Assembly: GCA_013265495.1 (NCBI GenBank)
Contig: MU057560.1
Span: 2,852,909-2,912,908, forward strand
Origin: Vicugna vicugna
Taxonomy: Eukaryota
Direction: 5' to 3'
Length of the DNA: 60,000 bases
The number at the start of each line of letters is the position of its first letter. Within the stretch, counting starts at the first letter, position 1. The position numbers and the translations under genes were made by a program. The notes under the pieces are model-generated. The model worked only from the letters and a program-made list of their open reading frames with translations, was not told the DNA's origin and did not search any database. This document shows positions 11,941-24,838 of this stretch, one piece after another.

Positions 11941-14900
11941 AGGCACGTTTACGTTCAGGTGCTTGTCAGTGTGTGGAACAGCAGAGGGAGGGCGGTGAGG
12001 GTTGCCCGGAGTTAGAAGTTAGATTTCTCCTCCTGATCGGCCTTCAGATGCCTTAAGAAGGCGCCTGGTCCCATGGGTAGGTGCGTCCCCTTTGAAACTG
12101 CTGATGGAGGCTTACATTCACCTGATACTGGTGGAGAGCCTGTTGGGGGGGGTGACACCCTGGTGCAGGTTCCATGTGTCCCTTGGGAGGTCGGCAGAGT
12201 GGACCCGGGACGGATTCCCGGGAAAGGAGTGGGCAGAATGATCGACATCAGTGTCAAACTCAGAGGGAGAAGGGAGGGGTCCTGGAGACCAGACAATCCC
12301 ACGGATTTGAGAGGCTGGTGGAGACGGAGTCCCCCACACCAGCATGAGCAAAGGCACTGCAGCAGGAAACACGGGTCCCCTCTGGGAAAGGGGCGGTCTG
12401 TCCAGTTTCCGCACAGCCACCTGTGCAGGGGACGGGACAGTTGGGGCAGTTACTTGCCAGGAACATGTTTTAAATGCTTTGCCCGCTGTCCTCAGAGAAC
12501 ATGTGAAACTGCGGGGAAGAGGACTCCATCCACATGACGTGGATTATCCACTTCATTTGGCCCCGTGCATCGTGAGCGGGGCGGGCGCCGCCCTGAGTTA
12601 CTCGGCACGCTCGCAGATCTGCGGTCTTGCCCCCTTGCTGCTCGCAGGAGCCCTGCTCCTCCCAAGGCCTCTCAGGCGCCTGCTGCTTCAGCACTTTAGG
12701 AAAAGGCAACAGAACAGATCGCAGCCGAGCAGCCTGCCCGCTAGAAGCCGGCCCGGAAACCGTGTCTGCGCCGTGATGGATGAAGCCCGTCTCCCGTCGT
12801 TTCACGGGAGATTTACACGCATAGCTCTCATTAGTGCTAATGGGGTTCTTGCATAAATCTTACACGCGCGGAGGTTGGAGAAGATGGCCTTTCTTTCATT
12901 CCTTCTGGGTTTACTTGCTCCGGGCTGCCTTCCTGCAGTCGGGGTCCGGCCCTGCCATCCTGCCAGGAGCCTTGCACTTAAGCTGCGGGCGTTCCTCGTC
13001 TGCGTGGAAGTGGACCCCAAGCAGGGCCCTGAACTCCTGTGTTTAAACACCGCCTACTTGAGCCATCACCCTCCCATTACAGACACCCAATTAGTGCTGC
13101 CGAGCCAACGGCTCTGCATGTGTCAGCTGTACCTGCTGTGAATGTCACTCTGTGCTGTGATGACAGGGCTCGCGTCCCAAAATAGAGGTGGGGGGAGAGG
13201 GAACAGAACGCTGGGTCCTTGTTGCGAACAGAATTGTTTTCAAAGTGACTGCAGACACCAGTGCTGTTGGAAAGCCAGCCTGTGCGTGGAGCTAGGACTG
13301 GGTTCCCGGGGAGGGAGGGAGGCTGGACTGGCCCCTGTCGCTCAGCTGCTGCCCTTCCCTCAAGTCTGTGAAGTCAGGGGTCCGTTTATAATGTCAAGGC
13401 CGGTACTTGCCGGAGCCCGAGGGTCGTTCCCAAGGGGACGAGGAAGCGACGAGCATGGGCTTAGTGTCCCCCGACATTCACTGGACACGCTGGCACGTTT
13501 CTAAGCCTGTTGAATGTTTTGTCATTATTCTGATCGTCGGCCACTCGCCCTCATGTCCACACTCAGGGCTGCCGTCGGGAGGGAGGAGACGCCGCGGGCG
13601 ACTTCGACCTTACGTAGGTTCGCTGTATTTGTGTTCCGACAGGTGCGTGTGTGGCTACTGACCGAAGGCGGCCCTGACCATCCCAGGTACCTCCGGTCCT
13701 GATGGCGCTGTGGGTGCGGTGGCTTGTGGTGTAAAACCTTGTCACTGTAGCTGACGTGGCGTGTGACCTACAGACAGGTATTAGCAGGCGATGCTGTCTC
13801 GCTGTTGTATAAATGGGTAACACGCTAACGCTTAGGAACGACGTGGGTCCGCGCAAGGCAGAGGAGTAGGAGGCCTATGTGTCTTCGCAGAAGAGAGATC
13901 ATGAAAGAGCAACTTTAAAATTTTCATCCAGAAAACCAGTATTTCAATTAATCAAGTTAACAGTGGGATAAAAGTGCCTTCCTGGGCTTTTTCTCTTCGT
14001 TAGTCCATTTTCTAGAACAAAAGCCTGCTTGATGGACTTGTTCTGTTGACTGGAGCGGTACCAGGTGTGTCTGCCTCACTGGCCAAGTTCAAGCCAGACT
14101 TTGGCCTTATCTTTGGCAGAGGTTCATTTTAAGCGGATGCGCGCAGGCACCATGTGGATGGCTGGATCCTCTCCGGGGCCACGTTCACGCCTCCGCTCAC
14201 TCAGCGCGCACGGCTGAGCGCCTGTGAAGTGCCGGGACGTGACGGGGGGCAGGGCTGAGCCCCCGGCTCCGGCGAGCTCACCTGCAGGAGGACAGGTGCC
14301 GGGCAGAGAGGGATGCGGGGCACGTGGGAGACCTTCTGGGGTCTCCCGAGCAGGAGGGGAGTGGGACCTCCCACGTGCAGGTCCCGTCGCACCTCCAGGC
14401 GGGAGGAGGCAGCGCCAGGGCTGGGGCGTCGGGAAGCGGGCCTTCTCTGATGGTTCCATCTTCTTGCTGCTGCGGGGAGTCGGGGTGTCTGTGGGGTGAG
14501 AAGCAGGAATGGTGCAGGGAGGGCCCCGGTGAGAGGCGAGCCCACGTGCCCTGGGCTGCGTCCTCCCTTCCAGCCGCACTCGGCTGAGCTCACAGAGCCA
14601 AACAAACTGAGGACTGGACTTGCCGGGGGAGGAACTCACGTGAGAGGCAGGCAGGTGGTTCCTGGAGCAGAAGGAGCCGGAGCGTCACCCTGCCCCGCCC
14701 GTGTCAGAGCACGGGAGGCCGCGAGGACGCGAGCAGGGTCAGGGAGGACACAGAGGGACCGGCGGGTCCCACGCTGGGCCCTGCGCGGTTGTTCAGGGGG
14801 TGGCTGGAGGCAGGGAGGCAGAGGGAGGAGCTGGGAAGCGCCCGGGAGCAGGAGAGGGGAGGCTGCAGAGCCGGGGCTGGAGCAGGAAGAGGTGGTCAGA

Positions 14901-17472
14901 GAGTCAAACGGCCAGGATTTGGGCAGACGGGTGACAGGTGACATGCCAGCCAGGCAGAGAGCCCCCGGCGATCGCTGAGGGGTGAGATGAGGTCCCAGGG
15001 TCTTGGTGACGTCGGGGCATCTCTGAGTCTCGGGTGAACTGGGCCCTGAGCTGGAGGAGTCGCAGGGACGGAGGAGCTTGGTGGCAGAGCAGGGGGACGT
15101 GCAGGGCTGCCAGACCCTGCTTCCAGGGAAGTGGGGGCGCGGGATGAGGCTGCCTGGCCTCCCAACTCCAGAGGCCGCCACTGGGAGGATTTCAAAAGTG
15201 AGGAGTAAGGGATGTGGTCAGGAAGGGGACAACGCCCAGCGTGGGAGGCTCAGGGACTGAGTGAGGGTCACTCGACAGCCTGGGCGGCTCATGGTCATGG
15301 ATCCTCAGGGAGAAGCTCGCAGGAGGCGCCGACCCCCAGGACCCCGCTGGGTGAGGCCGGAGGAGCGGAGGTGGGGGAGGGTCTGCAACGTCCCGAGACC
15401 CTTGTCTCCTTCCGCCAGCGGTGTCATGGATGGGGAATGACAAGCAATTTCATGGGGCCCTCTGATTTAGCAGGAATTGCAGGTAATACATGGAAGCTGG
15501 GCTCCTAAGATGGTAGGAGGGTCAGTCTGAACAAACATGATTAGTGCAACATCGTGACTGAGCACAGAGAGCACACGCAGCGTGCATGACCACACAGGTT
15601 ATTTCGAGTGTTTGCCCTCCGGGTGTCCCACAGGGCTGACACACGATTCAGCACAGCCACCTCGAAGCTAAGTCCACAAGTCAGGTTGACGTCAGCGAAG
15701 GCTATTTGGTGACAGGGCGGAGAGGAGCTTCATGAAACCGTTTCCTTGTAAGAGCTTAGATAAGCAAAATACGTCTGCGGTGCAATCTCCCCGAAGGGAG
15801 ACCTTTCCTCTGCAGAGAACCCTCAGGGTCTGCTACCACACACAATGGTTAAAGTAGGAACACGGTCGTGAAGACAGATTCTGGCTGGACACGGCTGCCG
15901 AGGAGTCACTTCGAAACCATCTCCTTCAGCTGCAAGACGCAGGCACCAGCAGCCGGTCCCCTCCTCCCAGAGCGCCCAGAGGGACGGCGTGGGGAGGTCG
16001 CAGCGGCTCAGCCGCAGAGGGGAAGGACCACGGCGCCTGGGGGTCCAGCCGCTGAATGGCAGCCGCTCTGAGGGCTCCTGCTGCTGGGGGTGACACCCCA
16101 GTGCTCTGCCCCGGAGTGTGAGGACTCAAGTCTGGCGGAGGAACCACTTGATAAAGGACAACAGATATGTTTGTAAAATTGAAAGCAGTCACCGCGTGGT
16201 CCAATCAGCACGATCCTGTTGGCTTTCCACGCAGAGCTCCAGTCCGCGAGCAGAGCGCTGCCCGAGGTTCTCCCTCTGGCGCCCGAGCCCTGCAGGTGTG
16301 CTTGCCCCGGGGTCCGGCATCCACACCCATCAGCCCCACCCACAGGGAGTCCGTGCGTGTACCCTAACTCCTACCTTTCTTCAAAGCTTTAGCTTCGTTA
16401 AGAGGATCAAGTTACCAGCAACAAAGTCAGCACGACGGTCGTGAAGTCTTAGATTCACTTGCTGTGTGACATCTGTGCAGAATGAAACCCAGGCAGTTTG
16501 CATTTTCAGAGAACCACACTTTCACGAGCAGACGAGGCCTCCAGAGAGGGTGGTGCAGTCGGCATCATGCTAGTCTTCACCGAGACTTACCCCGTTTCTG
16601 CTTTTGCCTTTTCTGACTGTCCCCGTTTCTTCCCCCTTTCTCAGATGTTAGTGGCAGTGGAGATGCTGAAAGCATTAGTGATTCAACAGATGCAATAAAA
16701 ATCAGCTGATCGTTGAAAGGTTTTGGCCTGAAACTGACAGAGTGACAGGTGAAAGAGAAGAAGAAATTTACATCTGACAGGAAAATTTCACTTCAGGGTT
16801 GCAAATAACTACCTGCGACGTGGCCACCCCCACAAGTGACTTATTCTCTAGGAGCTGACAGAAAATAAAGTGACATTGATATTTGTCCCCAAACGACTAC
16901 CGCACATTTCAGTGCTCTCTGAGAGAGGCCGAGTGACTCTGTACAGGAGCGTGTTTCACGTGCCTCCTGGAACTTGAAAATGTGAGTTAACAATGTGTTT
17001 GCATCACTTGTCCTGCCTGAGGACACACAGCCGCACCTGATAAACAGCTCCCTGCTGGGGCGGGAGGGCGTCCCCGAGGGGCCGAAGTCAGCACTGCCCT
17101 GGACCCACTGACGGGGGAAGGTGGGCTCCTCACAGAGCCAGGTGCTGAAGAGTCCTTACGGGGCTCCGTCCCTGGCCCTTCCTCCTTCCGTCTCCCCATC
17201 CCTCCCGCCACCCAGGGGAACATTGTTCTCGGGACGTGTTGGATGGACAAGGAACGTTCAGTGAGCGTATTGGGCGCCCGTGGAAATTCACTCACTCGCC
17301 GAGAGTCCAGAGGACTCAGATTAAGGGCTAAAGGAGATGGTCACGCTGCTGATGGGTCCCGGACCGCCACGCACACCGCCCAGCAGGGACCGTTCCCCCC
17401 GGAGACCAGGACAAATGCAGTGAGACTGGGGTGGCCCCAGCTTGTACTACAGACAGGGCGCCCTGCAGAGTC

Positions 17473-17780
17473 CACACACGCACACACTCACATGTGGACA
17501 CACAGATGCATTCACACACACTCACATGTACACACCAGACACACACACGCTCATGTGCACACCAGATGCACTGACACACACACACCCTCAAACGTACACA
17601 CACCCTCAAACGTGCACACACAGATACACTTGCACACGTGCACACCAGACACACACTCACACGTGTGCGCATACACTCACACAACTCACATACACCCACA
17701 CACACACTCAAACGTGCACACACACACTCATATGCACACACACATGTGCACACCAGGCACACACACACACACACATGTAC
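17473..17780. repeat. Degenerate (CA)n-rich low-complexity tract
   Basis: About 300 bp of cacacac interspersed with recurring cacaccagac and ctcaaacgtgcac subunits. Confidence 0.9.
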
Positions 17781-20562
17781 ATAAGTAACAACAGCCTGGC
17801 TGAGCCGTCCTCGTGCTCCACGCGTGCAGCCCTCCTGGGGAACAGACCTCCCGGTCCTCCCTCATGTCTCCGGCACTGCCCTCATGACGGGGAGGTTTAG
17901 GAAGCGTGAGCAGCTTCCAGCGCCCCACTCTTCGCCCAAATGCACCTTCTCTCTCTGCAGAGCTCGCAGCGTCCTGGAGAGCTCCCGTCTGTGGAGCATC
18001 CACGGGTCCAAAGCCCCGCCTGTTCCTTAGCGGTTATCAGGCTCATCCTGAACGACTCACGTCCACAAATTCACTCCAACCTTCCTTCAGCTGCTGCACC
18101 TCCCACTCTGTAGCAGGAAGTGCAGATTCTAAGTGACTGACGCACGTAACTGAGAGTTTGTCCAAACTTGCAGATTCGCACCAGACAGCTGCTGCGATGC
18201 CGTGAGCATCCAAGCCACGGCGTTTGGGGGAGAGAGTGTGAGGACTCACCACAGCTGTGACTTACTAACGCTCAGTGAAACGGTGTTCTCTCGGCCAGCC
18301 TTCAGGGCCGCCGTCCACATGCGGTCCCAGGCTGTGAGGACGAACGGGACGCGCAAAGGGGAGGCTCCCGTGGGCGGGGGTGGGGGTGGATGACAGCATC
18401 AAGCACTGAGGGCTGGGTGGTCACAAGGTGCATCTAACAGGTGAGCGTGGATCCGGTGTGCAGGTGGGAACAGTGGTGCCCGAGCGTCAGCCCCAGGAAG
18501 CAGGTCACAGAGGGGCCGTGTGTGGTCAGTGGAAACAGGGAGCTAGTGACTCCGGGCAGCTGGTGTGTCTTGGGAAGGAGGCTGGTCTGAGTGGGAGCTG
18601 AACCTCACCACGAGTGACCCTGCGGGACACGTCAGCATTTGAATTTTGCTGTGAAGGCTGCAGGAGCGTGCACCTGGTCATCCCGGTGACTGACGCCACC
18701 GCAGGCCAGACCTATGAGAAGGAGATGTAAAGATGTCAGGGCCCACCACTAGGAGACACCACGGGGACAGAGCCAGGGAGACATGGCGCCCTGACCCAGC
18801 CTGCAGGCGCGCGGACAGATGGGCACTGGGGGAACGGGACGCCAGGGAGCCCAGCCGCACGACAGGCCACTGTGGAAGGGCGGACGGAGGCTGGATGGAG
18901 GAGGGGAGAGCAGGGCCCACTGAGGGGCGATAGCCCCTCCTCCAGCACCGGCTCCTGCACTGGGGGAAAGTCACCGAATGGAGTCTTCCCTTTTCCTAGT
19001 GGTTTTCAAAAAGGTGACCAGTCGGATCCAGTCGGATCAGTCTCGAGTGCCTCTCCCAGGGCCTTCCTGGCTGCTCTGAAGTCTCGAGTATTTGGAGAAC
19101 CCCCAGCACTGGTGCCCAGATCTCCGTGAGGCTGACAGGCCCCGAAAGCTATGACAACATAAACTTAATTTGTAAAACTAAAGGTGTTTGTTGGAAATTA
19201 GTGGACAAGACATGCTGTTTTTTGGGGCTGGTGATGAAAGGTTCATAAATTCAAAAAGTAAGTTATACAAATACTCAGTACGAAGCCAAAATAGTTAAGT
19301 AAGAGCTGTGTCCACACACGACGTGTCTTCACGATGCGACACTCATGCTTTGGTCAGAACTTAATTCAGACCTTACAAATCTGATTTACTTTTGGAAAGT
19401 GAAAACACTTGGGCCACGCATACACAAGCCCCCAGTTGTACAGTCACTCTCGTTAGAAGTCAAACAGACACACGTCTTAAGACCCACTGAATGGACAACT
19501 GCACTGCTGCACAAATCGTGCCGGTTCAGATGCGACGGGGCTTCCCAGTGACTCACACTAGATTCTCGGAGACAGCACTGTGAACTCACCAACGTTCACC
19601 TCTGCGTACTTCAGGAGGAATCTCCGTTTGTAACTCCTGCATGATCTCCAGGGAGATCCATTCAGCTTACAAATACATACATGTTATAAAGCTAAAACGA
19701 AAATGTCTGAAATTGACATTCTATTTGTCTAAATTTCAGTGAAGTCAGTTGCTCTCTCACTCACTGTCGTGATCTCCAGCATCCAGAACCACCGCTGGCA
19801 GGTACTCGCGTTCGGTTTGTATCGACAGAGGGAGAGGGAGCATCGCTGAGTGAGGAGGCACCAGAGGGCATGGTCAGGCCTCTGGAAACCGAGCCTGCAG
19901 GTGCACGCTCCCAGGGACGCCAACCTGTGCTTTAGCAAATGGTTGCGGTGGCTGGCACTCCACTGAGAACCCTTGCCTTCGAGGGAAGAAGTGAGTAACT
20001 TATGAAACCTGCAGATAAGCGTGGTTAAATGTCAACTAAGCAATTAGTAAGTCGTGGTGAGACGGTGTGTGTGTGTGTCTGTGGCTTCCATCCAAGTGTG
20101 TGTGCGGTCAGTATGTATTGACTCGCCCACCATTGTCCAATGCTGGTGATTCCTGGATTACATGTGACCTCTTCAGTTGGCAGTTTTGAAGATAATTGAT
20201 TAGACTTTTTAATGAAATACGGCCTGGATAATTTTATGCACATGAAGGTGATTCCAACTCCAAACCACACCGTGAATGGAGAACCAGCTCAGAGAAGCTG
20301 GACCATGCTCGAATGTGTGTGTGCGTGTAGGTGCTCACACGAGTGTGTGTGTGCATGCATGCACGTCTGTGCATCCACACATGGGTGCGATCTGGGCGTG
20401 GACATGCATGTCAACCATGATGGGATGTATGTCACTTTAGCCTGAAGTGGAAAGGGCCGCCTGTGTAATTACAGGTCAATGCAACGTCGCCGTCTCTTTG
20501 TGGCACATTTAGAGTAGGACCCTCCATTCTGAGTTACTGAACAGCAAGAAGGTTTCTAAAAG

Positions 20563-20660
20563 TTCTAGACTTTTAGAGCTGGAAAGAAATTTTAAAAGCA
20601 TAAGTTCTAAAACTCCATTTTATGGATAAGGAGACTGAGGCTCAAAGAGACTTGCCCAAA
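20563..20660 (-). mobile_element. MIR/MIR3 SINE
   Basis: ttagagctggaaag..ccattttatggataaggagactgaggctcaaagag..cttgcccaa. Confidence 0.7.
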
Positions 20661-23600
20661 AAGACCCCGTTTCTTCACTCTCAGAAGGCGTCCCTGACGC
20701 ACACACCCCATTTTTCTGGTTCAGGTGTCCCTATTTGGTGCTCCTTGAACAGAGCAGTTTGGCTTTTGTCTCTCGTTGGACTGTGGGTTGCTTGCAGGTT
20801 TCAGTGCTCTGCCCCACGTCCCCAGTAGCTGCCGTGGTCCTGCCACCACTGGGGCTCTGGTAGAAGTTGTGGAAGGAAAGAAAGAAGGTTCCGTGAACAA
20901 GCCCAAGGTTGGGAGCGGGCCTCAGAGCCACGCCTCGTCTCTGGATTACGCCACAGGTCTTACAAGAGCACATTCTGGAGCCAGGTGCTAACTTTTCTTC
21001 AGCTACCGACAAAATATTCCTTCCGTCGGAAAAAAAATTGTCTAGAGGGCAGACCTTGGATAAGACCGTTTCAGTGGTCCTGCCTGACCTTCCTCTTCTT
21101 TTTCTGCTTGTCACGCAGCCCAGATTTACAGCCTCCTTTTCATCACCTTCTGATCTCCGCATGATTGGACCTGCTGGATCTGTCTTCCAGCCCCTTCGAT
21201 TCTGCCCCATAAATTGTAATCTGGCAGAGCTGCCCACGGTCACTGCGGTGCGCAGCCCATGTCCCCCCAGGGCGCCTGCCCCTCTCAGCCCCGGCCCCCC
21301 GCAGGGTCTCACGCCGGCCTCACCTCCCTCCAGGCCGACAGGTTCATTCTTCTCATGCTCAGAGAGGTTGCTGTGTCTGGACCCGGAGCAGCGTGGAGAT
21401 GTGGGTCTCAGGCCGAGGCCCTGGGCCGAGCGCTGCGGGGGGTTGTCAGGAAAGGACTGTCCTGCCTAACTCAGAACCCGGTGTTGTGACCCCAGAGATG
21501 AGAGGTGCTCGGCTCCCTAAGACAAGGAGATTGGCTACAAGGAATGAGCCAAACAGTAATGCCGCTGCTACGCTCTTCCGTTTTCACGTTTGCTTTTGGT
21601 TCCCGAGCTCGGACCGCGTGTCCCCTGGGCAGCTGCGGGAGCCTGGCTTCCCCGGGAGCCTCCCAGGCTCAGACCCGTTTCTCTTCCTGACGGTGTCCTT
21701 CCGGGTCGGCCTCGCCAGCCCCTGGCCAGCAGTGTCACCTACCTGGGGTCGTCCCACAGCTGCGGGAGCTCTGGGCTGGCTACTGTGGACGGTTCTGTGA
21801 ACCAGCCTCTGACCAGCGCTGCTGGCGACCCTGCGGTAATTCCCGGACATGGCGTTACTTTCTCGCTCCTCCTTCTCGTAGACTGACCTAGTCAGTGCCG
21901 ATCTGACAGCTGCTGCTCGTTCTGTAATCCTAACAGAACCATTCGACAAGTTGGCCGAGTTCGCAGAAGCTACCTTAGTTTGCCCTCTGCACCAGCATGC
22001 GAACGGCTGCTACCTGTCACGCACCACCTGTGTTTCCACAACCAGGAGCCTGACCCCATCTTGGTGCTAGTAGGGGGCGGGTCTGTGTAACCTACAGACG
22101 TGCTCCCTCCCTCCCACCCCGCCTCCCGGGTCTGGGTTCTCCTTGCTCTGCTGGTGCCAGCTGGACCGTTCGTGCTCCGTGAAAGCCACGTGCCATCCCA
22201 GAATAAACCCACAAAGGCCGATTCTCCCCTTCCTAAGAGGTCAGGGGAGGGGGCTTCCTCAGAGCCCACCCTTGGCTGGGCCAGCCCAGATCTGTGATGG
22301 CTAAGAGCATTCCATCTGGGACCCCCCTGAGGGCAGTGGGTGGGGGCGGACAGTCGACACCAGACCGACCCCCAGCAGCAGGACAGCACAGAGACCCCCA
22401 CCTCGGCCTCAGGTCAGGAAAGGCTGATGTGGATGATCAGCGGTGACCCAGCCAGGGCACCTGACCCTGGGACAGAAGAGGGACCCCAGGAGCTGCCCCT
22501 GGGAGGCCAGGGAGAAGCTGCTTTTCCACTAAGGCCCCGAGCTTTCAGGGGGTGGTGAGAAATTAACCACTGGGGTCGCTCAGGATGGGCTCCCGCGTAC
22601 CTGCCCTAAACCCACCCCTTCCTGACCTTCCCAGTCAGGTCAGGGCTGGACCGGCGAGCCCCTCCTGTCCCCTCCTCCAGCTCAGCTGGGGCCGGGTCCA
22701 CGTCCCCGAGGAGCAGGCTCGCCCGGCCCTCCCCGACCTGGGAGACCTGCGACCCGGCCAGGAGAGCCACAGGGGAAGCAGAGTGATCTAATGCAGCTGA
22801 GCCTCGACAGGGCCGACCGAGATGGGCGGATGGAGGACAGCCGCCCCTGTGCAGCCTCTGCTGGGGGTGAGGCTGGAAGCCATACGTTACAGTCAGACGC
22901 ACAGCCCAGCTCGCCGGGCGCCCCGCGAGCCTCTGAGGACAGGGAGCCAGCCTTCCAGCCCGGGTGCCAGAGGACTCCCTCCCGCCCGCCTCTCTGCTTC
23001 TCCCTGGCGCTCTGCCTGTCTTTGTCCCGATCAGGCATGTGATTGATTGGTTTAGATTTTTGTTTCGCTTCACGGGTCTTGTTCTGAATACTGGGTCTGA
23101 AAATAACCGCCGCAGGTCACCCTTCCTTCTTAAAACGAGTGTCCCGAGTGCAGGTCTGCAAGTGAGTGCCGGGAGTGTTGTATGCAAATGTATGCTAATG
23201 TATGCTGATACATGCTAATGTCCCTTGCAGCCGGAAGGTGAGTGAGGCTTCTGTCACATCCTCACAGGCTAGTCCTCGGGGACCCCCAGCCCTGCCAGCT
23301 CAGGACGACCGCGGCATATTTATCTCCCCGTTGAAAACAACGCGGTAGCTTTGCTCAGGTCTCAGAGTCCCCCCAGACTATTTCCGTTGACGAGAAGAAC
23401 TGCGTCCGCGATCTTCCAAGTTACCTGCGCCTTTTTATATAGAAACCAGCCTGGATGTTCTCATCTGTGCTGCTTTTTAAGCCAGTTTCAAACCAGTGAA
23501 AACCATCGGGCACGTTTCTGAGTGAAACCCTGTGCTGGGTGCATGAAACGCAGCCCTCGCGTTCCGGGACCTCGCGGCTTAGTGGTCAGCCCTGCCCCAG

Positions 23601-24674
23601 CGTCGGAACTCAGATCCCCCGACGAGAAGCACCCGCTGAGGGGAAGCACCCTGGGTTCCGAGCAGGCAGGACGGCGGTCCGCTGCACTCCGCTAAGCCCG
23701 GAGCTTCTGGGGTGCCAAGGCTGACTCGCAGAGCAGGAAGAACCAAGCAGTCAGGACCATGTCCCTCAGCCCACTTCATCCCCCGGGATCTACCTTCCAT
23801 CCACCTTACATGTGGGGTTTCTGCGTAAGATGTAGAAAGCAACACATTTCCGTGGTGTGACCGACCACGGCACACAGGCTGGCTGGGCTGTAGACAGACC
23901 CAGGGGAAGTGCTGCGGGAGCCCAGACTCAGGTGGTCGTGCTGAGAACCTCGGTCCTCCCCGCGCTCAGACAGAGGGACTTCCAAACCTTGCCGCTGCTG
24001 CAAGACTGAAGGGGGAGGACCGTCAGAGGTGACTTCCTGCTCAAGGAAAGCGGGCTGAGATGGCACCGATGGCGCCGAGGAAGCGGGAGTCAGGATTGGT
24101 TGGGGGCAGGACGAGGCACCACTGGATGCCTGGGCGGGGAAACGTGGCAGATGCTAGAAATGCAGGAGAAATGTGATGCAGAAACAGGCTTGGAGGTGAA
24201 GCTGGATGAGCTGCTTAATTAGAGGTAAAAGTTAAACTCACGCAGTGAACGGAATTGCCCAGATGAGACTAGAGGCTCAGGAACAGACTCTTGGGAACGT
24301 CCTACTTTGGGGGGAGAAGCAGCAGCTTGAAAGTTAGGAAGCAAATTGCAGGAGAAGAAGGGGCGTCAGAGCAGCGGGAGGACCGATGGTGCCAAACACT
24401 GCCCGAGAAGGCGCTCGGGATCCGGCGGGGCCATGACAGCGATCCTCACGAGAGCCAGGGCAGCATGTAGACGCAGTGTGTTCATCTTTGTTCATTACAG
24501 CCAAGATCGAAGCTTCCAGAATTATTCAAAGCCGGCATTGGTTTTGAGGGAAATATTTTTAAATCCATGTAAAATATCTACTCAGAAGAGTGTCCAACTT
24601 TTCCAGAGACAAAGCAAGCAGGCAGGCGAGAAAACGCCTGCCCTGAGTTTTCTTCTAATTAAGAGACTGTAAAA

Positions 24675-24838
24675 CAACCAGGTCCTACCGTACGGCACAG
24701 GGAACTGTATTCAACACCTTGTGACGGCCTCTAATGAAACGAATACGAAGAGGAATATGTGTGCGCGTAACTGCTGTTCCGGAAACTAATACCACGCTGT
24801 AAATCGACTGTACTTCAGTGAAAAGAAGGAAGAAAAGG
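24675..24838 (+). mobile_element. 5'-truncated cetartiodactyl-type L1 3' end with target-site duplication
   Basis: ggtcctaccgtacggcacagggaactgtattcaa..ctgtaaatcgactgtacttca, then an A-rich tail; flanked by gagactgtaaaa (24663-24674) and gagactttaaaa (24839-24850). Confidence 0.85.

Noticed and set aside
12686..12710. REST/RE1 site (ttcagcactttaggaaaagg)
   Set aside because: Only the left half-site resembles the consensus; the GGACAG half is absent. I found no full RE1 elsewhere by eye.
17243..17900. His/Thr- and Cys/Val-rich ORFs
   Set aside because: Translations of the CA/TG low-complexity tract.
21673..21835. Candidate non-coding 5' exon ending GCG|GTAATT
   Set aside because: Acceptor is weak and ambiguous; it cannot be supported without transcript alignment. 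The same applies to a 20-nt candidate at 37493-37512 (AAG|GTAACC).
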